This document shows positions 11,400 to 23,963 of a stretch of 64,000 nucleotides of DNA, piece by piece. Location of the stretch: contig NC_058368.1 in the NCBI RefSeq assembly GCF_018350175.1, positions 175,028,001-175,092,000 of the forward strand, given 5' to 3'. Under the pieces are notes generated by a model, which was given only the letters and a program-made list of their open reading frames with translations, was not told the origin of the DNA and ran no database searches. Position 1 is the stretch's first letter, and each line of letters starts with the position of its first letter. A program made the translations under genes and the position numbers. This DNA is from Felis catus (lineage: Eukaryota).

Positions 11400-11585
11400 C
11401 ATGGTGCTTGTCCAAGGACCGCGTTATCTGTTTCAAGTGTTTCTCTTTTGCTGGATGGTAAGCTGAGGCTAGAAATGATATCTTTTTTTCCCTCCTCTGT
11501 ATTCCCAGCAGTGCTGAGTACAAAATCGGCCCTCAATAGAGATTTATTACATGAAAGTATACGAATGTATGAGTGAATAAATACT
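11400..11585 (+). mobile_element. L2 3' fragment
   Basis: CTGGATGGTAAGCTGAGG...CTGTATTCCCAGCAGTGCTGAGTACA...CTCAATA...GAATGTATGAGTGAATAAAT. Confidence 0.6.
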
Positions 11586-11869
11586 GCCGTCCTCCTGCTA
11601 GCCTTGAAGGCTCTGACCCAGTCTACACATCCAGTGTCCAGCCCATGCCTGACCAGTGTAGAAGATCAATAAACATCACGGATTGAAGAAAAGAATGGCA
11701 GCGTAGCATCTCCTATCAGCTATTGTAACCACTGGACAACAATGGAAAGATGATTTGCCATCTGCTCAAAGGAGTCATATCCTGGAGATGTCATCTCTGT
11801 AGTGTCCTTATCCTAGGAGCCAGAGTCTCCTCTCCTTAAACCACTTGAGTACAATAAAAAGAAAGTCAT

Positions 11870-12300
11870 TTGCAGGTGGTTTGCCCCAGAAGCCAATTTG
11901 GAGACAGGGATCTGAGTTCAAGTGGCTTACTTGGGAGAGGATCCCAGGAAACGCGATTGGAGGCGCACAGCAGAGAGCCAGGAAAGGACAGGCTTTAGCA
12001 CAGCTCACATTAATGAACCGATGGCTGAACAGGGCACCTGAGTACAGCCTCGCAGCGGACCTCTGTGAGGTTGACGACTCAGAGCTGCCCCCTCCCCATG
12101 AGTAGCATGCGAGGTGTGATATTTACGCCAGCTCCCCATCTCAATGTTTGGGGTTGCACACTGTCTGGCATTTCGGCCCGTCCTGTGATAGAACAGCAAG
12201 CTTCTGCAGCCAAAGAGTCCTCAGGGAAGGGTCCCCAGTCTTGTAGGAAGAAGTCAAGCGGATACTGAGCGCCGAGGAGATTGACAGTGGTAGCACCTGG
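11870..12300 (-). mobile_element. LTR16-like ERVL LTR
   Basis: CCCCAGAAGCC...GAGACAGGGATCTGAGTTCAAGTGGCTTACTTGGGAGAGGATCCCAGGAAAC resembles the reverse of an LTR16-family end. Confidence 0.55.
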
Positions 12301-13032
12301 TGCAAAGAGTTGAAATTACATTTACGAACCTGGACCCGAGACCTGATTTTGTCCTCTGCTAGCAAGGCAAGTCCCTCCAAACTCCCCAGTCCTCGGTGTG
12401 TCCTTCTAGAAAGTCCTCTTCTGCTCCAAAAGCACCGGGACTTCATTCTTCCATGAAGACGTGTGGCTCGGGACTGCCGACAGCATTCTTTGTCAGAGCT
12501 CAGCTTCTAGAGTGTCTGTGTCGGCAGGCTTCCTTCCATATTTCTGTTCATGTTTCACACCAGTCATGGGAGCCGAGGTTCTGGGATCAGGTTGCTCTTT
12601 GCAGCTGATCTGTGCATGTCTGACCACAAGGATGATTCACATTATACCCTAATGTGGTGTTTATATCATTTGATGCTTTGATTACTTTGCTCGAAGTGAT
12701 CTCATTTGTTTATGAGCATCTGTTAAGTCCCCAGCCGCCCCCCCCTCCCTCGCCGCCGCCCAGAAAGTCCCTGCTCTCCGTTCTTTGGGCAACGCGATCT
12801 GCAGACAGTTACGTCCTCTGCTGCTGCAATAGCCCAGGCGGGCTAAGTTGGTCTCACGGGCTTGCTGTCATTCCTAACAAACCCCGGGGAGGAGAAAGCA
12901 ACAAGGCAAAGGCAACAAAGTTTTGGCCCTTTTGACACAGACTGGCGTGTGTGGAGATGCCGCGTTACAACATTTGTCTTCCCTCCTTGCTGTTAACTCT
13001 CACTCTTCCACCCACATCTTCATCTCCACTCT

Positions 13033-13217
13033 TGTTTTTAACGTTTATTTTTCAGAGAGAGGGGTGGGGGGAGGGACAGAGAGAGAGGGAGACAGAGAAT
13101 CCGAAGCAGACTCCGCAACGTCAGCGCAGAGCCCGATGTGGGGCTCAAACTCATGAACCACGAGATCATGACCCGAGCCCAAGTCAAATGCTTAACCACG
13201 GGCCACTCAGGCGCCCC
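13033..13217 (-). mobile_element. Can-SINE
   Basis: Reverse SINE ending CAGGCGCCCC; degraded TSD CTTCA(T/C)CTCCAC(T/C)CTT. Confidence 0.9.
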
Positions 13218-13791
13218 TTCACCTCCACCCTTTCGGGACCAGATCCCGTGGGATGTGAATAAGTGGATCAGGGAGGAAAAAATGCAGCCATAGCCACTGA
13301 GATTGGGAGAAGGCTGGCATCAGCAGCGTCAAAAGGTGTCTTTGCTGCTGGACTTCTCAGAGTCTCGAACGTGCTAAGGCATACCGTGATTCTCGGTGAG
13401 GATGGGGTGAGCAGCATTTCCAAAAGGAATATGACCGCAGAGCGCTTGCTGTTGGCTAAAGAAAGGCTCTGCAGAACTAAGCTCTGGAAATGCTTTCCTG
13501 GATCACGCGTTTGCCATGGAGCTAAAAACGACCGACAATTCAGAAGCCTTCGGCGGTCTGCAAGAACTCAGTGGCGAACCAGGCTTCTGACACAGCCACG
13601 GCAACCCCCTTGCCTCTCAGTTACTAAGCACCTGCTGCGCCCTGGGTGCCTTACCATAGGTCAACAGCTTTGCGAGGGAAGGCGGACGTGACGCCACCGT
13701 CAAGGAAAAGGCTTCTTGGTAAGGCATTTGGAGAGTCAGGGAAGGTCACGGAGGGTGGGCAGGACCCACACCCCGAACCTGCCCTCAGCAC

Positions 13792-13947
13792 CAGGACTGG
13801 CTGCATAACTGGCAGGGCCCAGTGCAAAATAAAAAGTGAGGGGGCTCTTGATCAAAAATGACTAAGAAGTTGAAGACGATAACAGAGCGTTGCACCTGGG
13901 GCCCTTCTGGCTTTTGCGCAGGTCCCTCGCCTATGAAGTCAGCCGTG
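13792..13947 (-). mobile_element. MER45A-like hAT-Tip100 MITE
   Basis: CAGGACTGGCTGCATAA...GGGCCCAGTGCAAAAT...GGGGCCCTTCTG...ATGAAGTCAGCC matches the recalled MER45A reverse complement. Confidence 0.75.
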
Positions 13948-14139
13948 CACGGCATGTTATCTGTGGCAGGAGCAGCAGCCCTGGCCCAGCCGCCGGGTCA
14001 TGTCTCCTGTCCCCTTCTCCTCCCAGCCAGGCACTGCTCAGAGACAGGCTTTCTCCCATTCTGCCTCGGCAGGAAGCTCCTTCTGCCAGCTCTTAATGAA
14101 TCAGCGGCTAAATAAGCAACGCGCCTAGAGATTACTCAG

Positions 14140-14290
14140 AGGCAGTATGGAATAGAGGCAAGGGACTGGAGGTTCAAATCCTGGCTTTTTGCCCCTTATC
14201 GCTCCATGACGTTGATCAATTTCACGTTCGGTTTCTGCGGCTCAGAACCCGGCTTTAGAAAGAGGGGCTGACAATAATGCCTGCTCCGGA
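14140..14290 (+). mobile_element. MIR (degraded)
   Basis: GAGGCAGTATGGAATAGAG...GGTTCAAATCCTGGCT. Confidence 0.55.
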
Positions 14291-14629
14291 CAAAGGATGG
14301 TGTAGAGCCAAGGAGGGTAATTCTATCCTTTACGCACCCTCTGCAGAGGAGTCTGAGCAGGTGTAAGATTTCGCATTCCCCCCTTGGAGGCTGCTGGCCA
14401 CTCCTCTCATTTATTTACTTACCCATTCGTTCAGCCAGCGTGTGGAGGGTAGGTAGGAATGGACTAGGCAGAGAAGAAGGAGAAAGGCACTCCAGGAGGA
14501 CCACAGCTTGCGCCACCCCCGTGACTGTAGCCATATAGCACACGGGTGGGGGGAAGAGCTGAGGTCCCGACCCAGACAGGCTCACACCGGCACCTCGCTG
14601 CCTCCGGTGCCTGGAGAAACTCGGCTGCC

Positions 14630-15220
14630 GAGAAGACGGAAGTTAATGGTAAACAAGGGCTGTTGGGTTGTCTGCGGATCTTAATCATCCTTATATCCCC
14701 ACTGCACAGAAGCCCAAATAATTGACGATGGGCCAAAAACCAACTTCAGGAGGCTGTCCACCCAGAGCCGTCAACCATCTCCAGCAATTAGGCTCAGCGT
14801 GACAGTTGCTTCTGAGACAAGGAGCCGAGTGAATGGAATTAATCTCCCTGATTTAAATCCATTAGTGCCTGTGATATACTGGTTCAGGCATTTAAGAGCC
14901 ACTTCATCTCACCCGGTCATGCCCATAGGGTCACACGCTGACTCACAGTTAATAGTGGGGAAGGCTTTAATGGAGGGGAGGCTTTGAAGAAGGGCAGGGT
15001 GTGTTCCAAAGCTTGAAGGTTTAATGCATTTTTAATTAAATGTGCTCTAATAGGATTCCGCACCAACTATCATGTCACTGCAGATAGATTCATTATATTT
15101 GTTCAGTTAATTACGCGTGTGTTATTATCCAAGTGTAAACTTAGGTGACCTGGAAAGAAACTTGACTTCGAGGGACACCCAAGAGTTCGGCTGGTCCTTT
15201 CAGGATTAGATTAAATAGCT
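14630..15220. promoter_or_regulatory. Candidate enhancer / conserved non-coding block
   Basis: Unique sequence dense in TAAT/ATTA, with FOX GTAAACA (14649), AP-1 TGACTCA (14939) and TCF-like CTTTGAA. Inferred from motifs only. Confidence 0.45.
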
Positions 15221-16218
15221 CCCCACCCTGCGGTCCCCACATTTACTCTTGTGTGCCCACGCCCATACCCACACATGCGGGCACATGTACTTACACTCCA
15301 GCAGACAGCCAGGCCCATGCGTAGACATTCTCTCTCTCTCTCTCTCTCCTCCTCTCTTCTTTCAAAGAGAAACGGATGGTAGGATATCTCAAAGCTGGGA
15401 AAAAAGCACTCCCAGATCGGGCTCCATCCTGTTATCAGCTTCGCACGAGGTGCTGAATATTCCTGAGCCTGAGCGTCCCTCTTCTGTAAAGCGACAGTGA
15501 CAGCAAGATTAATAGCGAGGAACCCCCCCCCCCCGCCCCAGCACTGCTGTAGGTTCCCAGGACGTGATACCCACAGAGCCCTTTGTGAGATGCCAAGAGC
15601 CATGCACCTCCTCCTTACTGCTGGCGGTTGTAACCAATCCTTCTAGAAGGCGCCCCATCAGGGCTCCATTCCATACGCTCAGGGCACGGGATCCTTGCTG
15701 TACCCTGAGTGGTCACATGCTGAAGCAGGACCTTGTGTACTCACTCAGCAGGCATGCACCGAGCACCCTTACCTAGGACTTCCTGAGGACCTACTATGCG
15801 CCCAGCGCAGGGTCCCTGACTTCCACGTGTTTCTCATACATGATTGCTTCTTACCAGGTGACGATCTACACATTATAGATGGGAAACCAAAGGTTACATA
15901 ATGGATCTATTTAATACAGTTTGTTTGATTCTTATCAGTGCCAGGCGTTATGCCCCAGGGACAGGGGATAAAGAGGAAAATGAAACAGATGTGGCCCTTG
16001 CCCTGGTGCACCGTTCTGCCCAGGAAGCTTTCGAGAACTCACCGGGAAGCGCTTCCATGCCTGGGCCCTTGGTTTCCTCTCCAGTCACATCACAATGTAC
16101 CAGACCGCGAATCTTGACATGTGGTGGCTCGGTTGGTTCCAAGTTTGGGGCATGGCGGCGGTGGCTGGGGGCCTGGGAATGGGGTTCAACATATGGGAAG
16201 GAGACCCTCAGAGACGTC

Positions 16219-17055
16219 CAGGGTAAACCTCTCAGCCTTAGGTGTGCTTGCCTCACTCCTGGGTCGGGGGGAGGGATGATCTTATTCAAATGCAGATGAT
16301 GATTCAGTAGGGTTGGGGGTGGTGGGGTGTCATTTAATTTTATGTGTCACCTTGGTTAAGCCATGGTACCCAGTTATTTAGTGAAACGCCAGTCTAGATG
16401 TCACTGTGAAGGTTTTCGTTAGGTGGGATTAACCATGAAATCAGTGGACTTTGAAGAAAGCAGATTATCCTCTATGACGTGGGTGGGCCTCACACAATCA
16501 GTTGAAGCCTTGAGAGAAAGAACGGAGGTACCCGGAAGAAGAAGGAATTCTCCAGAAAAGCTGCAATGTCAACTCTTTCCTGCGTCTGCTGCCTAAAAAA
16601 TGCCCTGAAGATTTTGGACTTGCCAGCCCTCACTATTACATGAGCCAATTCCTTAAAATATTTCTTCCTCTCTCTCCCTGTCATAACTCCCTATATCTAT
16701 TATATATTTGAACTTTAATAATATAATTTTATTTTAATTAATTTAACAGTTTACGGATATGTAAGAAAGGCACGTTAATTTTAGGAGTGTATTTGATTTA
16801 ACAGAAAATATCCTAACTGGTGTGATTTGTGTCACTGCTAGAAACATCTGTGAATGAGATCTAGAGATACGTACATAGCTATCTATGTATATACTGTATA
16901 GATACCCTGTGCATATAAGATGCAGCTACTTTGCATATGTCTATGACCATTCTGTTTCTCGGGAGAGCCCTGCCTGATACGAGGAATGGGAGTCCACATT
17001 TCTTCCAAGCTCCCAGGACATGCCAGTCCTACTGGTCTGTGAACCGGACTCTGAT
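16219..17055. mobile_element. MER5A-like hAT element split by an MLT2 insertion (16219-16320 and 16985-17055)
   Basis: AAATGCAGAT..GATTCAGTAGG on the left and CATTTCTTCCAAGCTCCCAGG..ATGCCAG..CTGGTCTGTGAACC on the right. Confidence 0.55.
16328..16981 (+). mobile_element. MLT2 (ERVL) solo LTR with AT-rich internal expansion
   Basis: TTAATTTTATGTGTCACCTTGG...CAGATTATCCTC...GGGTGGGCCTCA...CAATCAGTTGAAG...TTCTGTTTCTC..GAGAGCCCTG. Confidence 0.82.
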
Positions 17056-17057
17056 TA

Positions 17058-17232
17058 AGGTCAGTGGCTCCGTCGGGGAAGTATTTGGCTCTTGGTTTCT
17101 GCTCACGGCATGATCTCACAGTTCGCGGGCTCGAGCCCTGCGTCAGGGTCCGCGCTGACGGCAGGGACCCTGCTTGGGATTCTCTCTCCCTCTCTCTCTG
17201 CCCCTCCCCCACCCCAATAGAAATCAATAAAC
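17058..17232 (+). mobile_element. Can-SINE (older, diverged)
   Basis: GTGGCTCCGTCGG...CATGATCTCACAGTTCG...CTGCTTGGGATTCTCTCTC. Confidence 0.85.
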
Positions 17233-17457
17233 TTCATTTTATTTTCTTTTTATTATTGTTTTTTTCACATCTATTCATTTTTGGAAGGCAGAGAGAGACA
17301 AAGTGCGAATGGGGGAGGGGCAGAGAGAGAGGGAGACACAGAAACAGAAGCAGGTTCCAGGCTCTACCAGCACACAGCCCGGCGCGGGGCTCGAACTCAC
17401 GGATCACGACCTGAGCCGAAGTCGGCCGCTCAACCAACCGAGCCACCCAGGCGCCCC
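17233..17457 (-). mobile_element. Can-SINE inserted in the tail of the preceding SINE
   Basis: Reverse SINE ending CAGGCGCCCC; AATAAACTT on both sides. Confidence 0.9.
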
Positions 17458-17499
17458 ATAAATAAACTTTAAAAAAAGAAATACAACACAAGCCCCAGA

Positions 17500-17762
17500 T
17501 GTTATTTTAAGTTTTCCAGCAGCCGCATTAAAAAAGTTAAAAGAAACAGGTAAATTAATTTTAAGAACATATTTCATTTAACTGAAAATACCCTGAGTAT
17601 TATTATTTCAACATGTCATGGACGAGATATCATACAGCTTTTTTTTTTTTTTTGCACGAACTCTTCAAAATCTGGTACACTTACAGCACCCACTTACGCT
17701 TCAAACAAGCCACGTTTCAAGTGCTGCTCAGACACGCGTGGCCAGGGGCTCCCACGTTGCAC
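17500..17762 (+). mobile_element. MER33-like hAT-Charlie element
   Basis: CAGCAGCCGCATTAAAAAAGTTAAAAGAAACAGGT...CACTTACAGCAC...AGCCACGTTTCAAGTGCT. Confidence 0.75.
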
Positions 17763-17799
17763 CCCACGATTCAGGATCCTTGACAACCAGCACCCTGGG

Positions 17800-18370
17800 C
17801 TAATGGAGCTGCTATTTGCTGCCTGCCCTGCATTTTCTCCTAAAAATGGAAAATGGGGAGAGGGGGGGGAAAAAGTGAGAAAAAATAATAATCTGGGTAA
17901 TTAAAGATGCCAGGCGACTCGCGTCAGGTTAACGCCCAGAGTGGAGTGAATGATAACAGAGGTTCTGCTCAAGCAAGCGCCAAATAAGCAAACGTTCTTT
18001 AAATAAACAGAAATTGAGTATATTTCAGGAACTTGTTTACGCTATGGGTCACGGAGGAGGTTAAACAAGAATTTGTTTTAAAAAGTCTCCAAAGGACGGC
18101 CTCTGTGCTCCCACCGCACGTGGTTGGGGGCGGGGGAGGCTCTCGGGGCTGGGAAACCGGGGTCAGGTGGAGACCGGGGCCGCCGTCTGCCGTGGGCACC
18201 GCCGCTCTTGCGCTCAAGCGCCGGCTTCACGTGCAGGGGTGCAGGGAGGGGTGAGATGGCGACCCGGAGGGTCCCGGGGAGCCTGGGTGTCCGGTGAGAC
18301 TCCCGGCAGGCAGACGCTGCGCAGACCTTCCCGGTGTAGGTTGGAGAGGGGCTGTATCCCACACGCGTGA
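17800..18370. promoter_or_regulatory. Candidate enhancer with FOX-motif cluster next to a small CpG-rich patch
   Basis: AATAAACA, TGTTTAC, TTAAACA and TAAGCAAAC within about 100 bp, followed by about 275 bp of CpG-dense GC-rich sequence. Confidence 0.4.
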
Positions 18371-18739
18371 GCTGTCCACTTGTGCAGTCAGCTACCCATT
18401 CACTCCTTCTCCATTCCTCCTTCCCGCACTCAGGTATCCCTTCAGTTAGTGACTCACTTGCCCATTGACTCATTCTTTCACACACTGGCTCAGGCTGGGC
18501 TCCCTGGGAAGCAGACAGGAGGCTTAGGAGGGAGCATCCTGCCATCAGCACCTACAGGGCGTTGCGGAAAGAGACGTGCATCTGTGTGTGGTCTCAGTGG
18601 AGCCGCCCCCCGCCCCCCCCGGGGAAGTTTCTAAGACGGATGAGCCTGCCCCGAGAAGGGGGTGTGAGGGAGGGCACAGGGTCTCATATCCACCACACAC
18701 ATCCTTCAACACAGTCACCTACTCTTTGGTCTCTGGGCT

Positions 18740-19130
18740 TCCCTCGTTGGCTCTTTCGTTCATTCGCACACCGAGCACTTTGCTGTCTTGAATCCTACCC
18801 CCCTCCCCACCCCCAGGATCTTTGCACGACGGGTCCCCTTTCATCATTCGGGCCTCAGCTCTGAGCTCCCTGCCACAGAGGAGCCCCTGCAAGTGGCCCT
18901 GGGGATGGTCCTTCACCCTCCACCCCTCTCTCCCTCTCCAAACCTCTCCCCTGGTTACTCTCTGCCCGCACACCATCTATCGCTCTCAGAAGTGACCCTG
19001 TTCATTTACTTACTTGCCCATTCTCCCTTCCTTCTCCACTGGAATGTAAGCTTCATGAGGGTTGGGTCTTTGTCTGAGCGTTTCTTCTTCTTAGTCACAC
19101 AAAGATTTGTAGAAGGAACAAACGAATGAC
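18740..19130 (+). mobile_element. L2 fragment
   Basis: TCATCATTCGGGCCTCAGCTC...CACTGGAATGTAAGCTTCATGAGG...GAATGA. Confidence 0.6.
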
Positions 19131-19244
19131 TCAGCAATTTGCTTATTAATTAAATCATTCATTCATTATTCATGTATCAACTCTCTTATTCATATATTAG
19201 TCAGTCCATTCATTCATTTATTCATTTCCTCAACAGGCAGTGTT

Positions 19245-19450
19245 TATATCTATAAATAGGTATTATATATAAATATATACTTTTATATATTTAAATATTC
19301 AACATGTTTATATATAAATTATATATATATAATTTAATATGTATGTTACATACATATATAAGTATGTGTTATAACTATAATGAACATGTATTATATATAA
19401 GTACATAACATACATTTATATATAAATATGTAAATATATATCACATTTAC
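19245..19450. repeat. AT-rich (TA)n-like low-complexity tract
   Basis: Read directly from the sequence. Confidence 0.85.
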
Positions 19451-19890
19451 TATGAACCCAATAAAGATATTCTTAGCAACATTATTAAAAACAGTGAAAA
19501 AACCCCAAAATTATATTAAAAAATAGAATAACCTTGAGCTTAGCCAACTCTAGGGGAATTACAACACATTATGACAAAAAATGAAAAGTCCTCTTTGCAA
19601 ATGACACTTCGCTATGACTTCATGGGAGCGTGATGACAAGGAACCAGGCTAATAGTCCTGTAAGAAGTAGAGAGAAAGCAGGTTTGATAAAAAGGCATAT
19701 CCAGTACGGTCACAGCCACGCCAAGTGTATCTGTTTTTGGGTAATGACAAGACATCCCCATGCAACAGTAAATAAAATCAGTCTCAGGTATTGAGATGCT
19801 GGGGATTTTCATTTTTTGCAAATATTTCTTTGACATTCTGTCACATTTCTTAGTATGAAAAAGGGGTGCCTTTTTCAGGGGCGTGTTTTA

Positions 19891-20112
19891 GGGGCGCCTG
19901 GGTGGCTCAGTCTGTTAAGTGCCTGCCTTCAACTCAGGTCATGTTCTCACAGTTCGTGGGTTTGAACCTGCGTGGGGCTCTGTGCCAACAGCTCAGAGCC
20001 TGGAGCCTGCTTTTGGATTCTGGGTCTCCCTCTCTCTCTGCCCCTCTCCCATTTGTGCTCTGTGTCTCTCAAAAATAAATACACTTTAATAAATTAAAAG
20101 AAAAAAGAAAAA
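19891..20112 (+). mobile_element. Can-SINE
   Basis: GGGGCGCCTGGGTGGCTCAGTC head, CT tract, A tail. Confidence 0.93.
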
Positions 20113-20266
20113 GATATTTCAGCATTGTATGACCCTCAAAGCGTGGTGTGATGCATAATCCTGAGACTTGGTAAGAAGTACTCTTTATAAAGTTCCCACT
20201 GTGTGTCCTGTGCTCAACATGCATTTTTTTTCACTTAGTGCTCAAAACTATTAGGCGGGTTAATAT

Positions 20267-20280
20267 TGTGTGTATATTTC

Positions 20281-20317
<37 letters not shown>

Positions 20318-20385
20318 ATGTGTATCTGTGTGTGTGTTTATGTGTGTGTATCTGTGTGTGTGTGCGTGCGTGTGTGTGTGTGTGT
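20267..20385 (+). repeat. Interrupted (TG)n microsatellite
   Basis: Read directly from the sequence. Confidence 0.95.
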
Positions 20386-20780
20386 GGTAGAATGATGGCC
20401 CCAGAACCTATGCATATGTTACCTTACACAGCAAAAGACACTATGCTGGCAGGATTTGCCTAAAGACCTTGAGGTGGGTCGATCACCCTGGATTATCTGG
20501 GTAGGTCCAGTGTAATCACAAAGGTCTTATGGCGGGGAGGCGGGAGCGTCAGAGCCAAAGACAGGACAAAAGCCGGCAGTTAAGAGAGACGAGGCTCATC
20601 AACTGCAGAGTGCAGGCTGCCTCTGGAAGCCGTTAAGGCAGGAGATCGGGTTTTCCCCTGGAGCCTCCAGAAGAAGGCCAACTTCAGACTTCTGATCTCC
20701 AGAACCGGGAGAGAGTAAATGGGGGTTGTTGTAAGCCTCTAAATTCGGGGTAAGATTTTTACAGTGTCAATAGACAACCG
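20383..20780 (+). mobile_element. MLT1D-like MaLR LTR
   Basis: TGTGGTAGAATGATGGCCCC...ATGTTACCTTACA...CCCTGGATTATCTGGGTAGG.CCAGTGTAATCACAA...CTTCTGATCTCCAGAAC. Confidence 0.78.
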
Positions 20781-23700
20781 TGGATAAACTGAAGCTCAGA
20801 AGGACAAAGTAACTTGTCTGAGGTCAGCGGCAGAGTTGAGACTGATTCAGAGGCCATAACGGTTTCGACTGCTGCCTCTCATCGGAGCATACCTGGAGCT
20901 GGGATTCGTTGCTGTGAATTGTCCATAGCGTTCTAGATATTTGCAGGGGCTTGGCTTCTGCCGTCATCGTTAGGGGTTTAATTCTAAGGATCAGGCCTCC
21001 ACACATAGATTTCCTTTCCCTCGTCTCTTCCTTCCCCTGTTCTTCTTCCTTCCCTTTCTCCTTCCCTCCTTTCCTTTTGTCCTCCTTTATATTAACTGAG
21101 CAGCTGCTATGTGCCAAGTTCTGTCCCAGATTCTGAGAATACACTGGAAATGAGATGGACCAGGTGCCTCTCCTTAGGGACCTCATGCTGAAATTTTGCC
21201 CAGATCCTGCAAATATCTAGAATACGGTGGAAAACCTGTGCTCCAGAGACCGAGCTTCGGCTCCAACCCCATACAGAGGCGGGGAGCATCGAGGGTTAAA
21301 AATACAGAATCTCTCTCTTCAACCAGGTCCTACTTCCCCAGGGGAATCCTGGAGAATAATGAAACTGTGCTTCAAGGAGATGGGAGAGAAAAGATCTGGA
21401 TTTTTCCCTTCTGAGTCCTGCTGCCTCCCAGCCCCTCTAGGGATTTTCTGTCTCCTTGGGGTTTGGGGAGGACCCCAGACTCATGTGCTCAGAATGTCTG
21501 AAGGGGTCCAAACCAGGAAGGAATAGGAACAAGCCCTCCAGGCCAGGAAGTGAGGAAACACAAACACAGAGTAGCATGGGCTGCTCAGCGGACCACTCTG
21601 GACCTCAGTCTCGTTCTCCACTCAATAGGGATAATAACATTACTTCAATCCCCTCTGTCCCAGGGTTGGGGATACAAAGGAGAGAATGCATGTAAAGGAA
21701 GCTGACGCAAGGGTAGTTGACGGATGCTTATGCAATCTGGGCTGAAGAGTGAGAGCAAACACACGGAAACGTTTACAGCCTGTTGCAACCGCCGAGATGA
21801 TGTGGATACGGATCTCTTTCTACCAGGAATAGCCGCAAATATTGGTATGCAGAGCTCTGGTTCTTTATCAGATTGTGTCCACCTGTATGCATGCACACAT
21901 ACACGCGCGTGCGTGCACACAGCGTGGTGCCGTGGCAGGCAATTCTGCGGCACAAGGCAGCACGAGCCTCGCGTTCGCATTCTCCCCTCTGGACCTCAGC
22001 CTTCTCTTCGATAAAACACACCGTCGGCGACCACGGACTGAGGCCCATGCACCATTTGGGCCGGAGATGCGTTGTTTGGATTAGCGTGCCCAACGCATTT
22101 CTAAAGAGCTGCCTAACATTTTAAAGAGTGGAGACTTGGCCTGCAAAAGGGGAATCTGCGTGTTGGCTTCTCTTGCAGCCGCTCGGGTCGGGCGGTCCCG
22201 GGCCTGCCTTCCTGAGAGCCACACGCGTTTCTGACCGCGAACCGCAGTCCCCACCGCTCTCAAATGCTGCACCCCCTGCCGGCCGCATTGCTCTATCAGG
22301 CCCGCCACCTGCCAGGCTCTGTGGTGACTTTGCCGGCCAGCCCCATGCTGGGAATATTTTGGCTGCTCAGCAGCCAGGCTTCGGGCACAGGGCTACTAGC
22401 TCCAAAGGGCAGACAGAGATCTACTGGGAGGCAGAAATTCTAGGAGATGGCAAGTGGCAAGGAAGGAACCAGAAAAATTCCTCTTTCTTCCATGACTAGG
22501 GAACGGATGTCCCAGGAGCCAGATCCCAGGCCAGTCCTATCCTCTGTTGCAGCCTCAGTTTCCCCATCGGTGCTGGAACTAGACGATCTCCAAGGCTTTT
22601 CTAGTTCTTGGGCTGTCTGCTTCTCTCTCTCCTCCCTCCAACACACGCGTCTGCACGCGAGCACATACGGTAGATTGCATCCTTGCACACGGGCACACTT
22701 ACACATCTTCCTGGGGATGTTTTTCCACTTACCGGCTGCAAACCCTCATACTGCCTCCGACCTCCCACGCCCCTGACATCAGTCCTGCAGGTCTCCTTTC
22801 AGACTGCTTCAGAGGAGTTACCTGCCGGCATTGTGTAAGGGCAGCCAGCAGGATTAGTCAGCTAATCTCCTCTCTTATCAGCCTTCTCCCCCAGGAGCAG
22901 ACAACAACAGGAGACTGTTGGGCAGGTAGCAGGAGTTCAGGCGGAGAGGGCTCAGATCCCACCCACTGAGGGCAGGAGGGAGGAGGCCGTGGACCCAAAC
23001 TTTGCTCTCATCTATGGCTGGGATCACGGAACCGTGGGAGAGCGCTCTCGGGGACCTTGAAATGGTTAAGGCGAAGTCAGGTTCCGATCCGGGCCAAGCG
23101 CCTCCCATCAGGCCGCCCGCTCACCACCTCTACCCCACGAAGGACCTCTTCCGCTTTAAGTTCTCCAGGCTTCTTCACAAAGAATGGAAGTTGGCACTCC
23201 AAATAATTTCATATTCTGCTTTGTTTTCTGGGGGGGGGGGGCTGCTTAGGAATAGAGTAATTGGGGAGGGGGGAGCCTGGACATATTACAAAAGATACAA
23301 AAATGCCAAATCAGAGTTACAAATGCTGTGACGTTAATTTACATTGAACAATTCAGGCTATTGGCCAAGAATGTTACAACGTAATAGCGTTGTGCTAGTC
23401 ATAAGGTGATGAGTGAAGAGTATTTTATTTTATTTCATTTATATTATATTCTATATAATTTATTTATTAGTAATGATGTATATTACATTTATTGTATTTT
23501 ATAAAGATATTAAGGCCGGTTCGGAAACGGGACCCATATTTAAAGCCGTGAAGTGAACCTGTTCCTATTGCAGTCTGATGTGATAGGCATGTGGCCCTGT
23601 TGACTCATAAGGCTAAATCGAGGCCTTCAGCGGATGAGCAGCGTGGGTCTAAGGACCATCTACCTAAGCCTGGCCTGGGAAAGGCCATATTTCATTGCCC

Positions 23701-23963
23701 TGACCTGGGAGCTGACTTGAGAAAACTGGCCGTGAAAGGGCTTCCGGGCGGTCATGACCTGGGAGTTGCTTCATTCAGAACCAGACTTATAGAACCAGCA
23801 TCAGGCCAGGCCCCATCTGCTTACACTGGCCTCACACAGCCCTTCTCGGTCCTTTACTAAAATCCCGAGCCCTCCCGGGAAGGTCTGCAGATAAGCAGCC
23901 ATCAGCCAGTCACCTTTTAGTGCAAATTCATTCATCGGCCCCGTAGCCACGCGGCTGTCCGTG

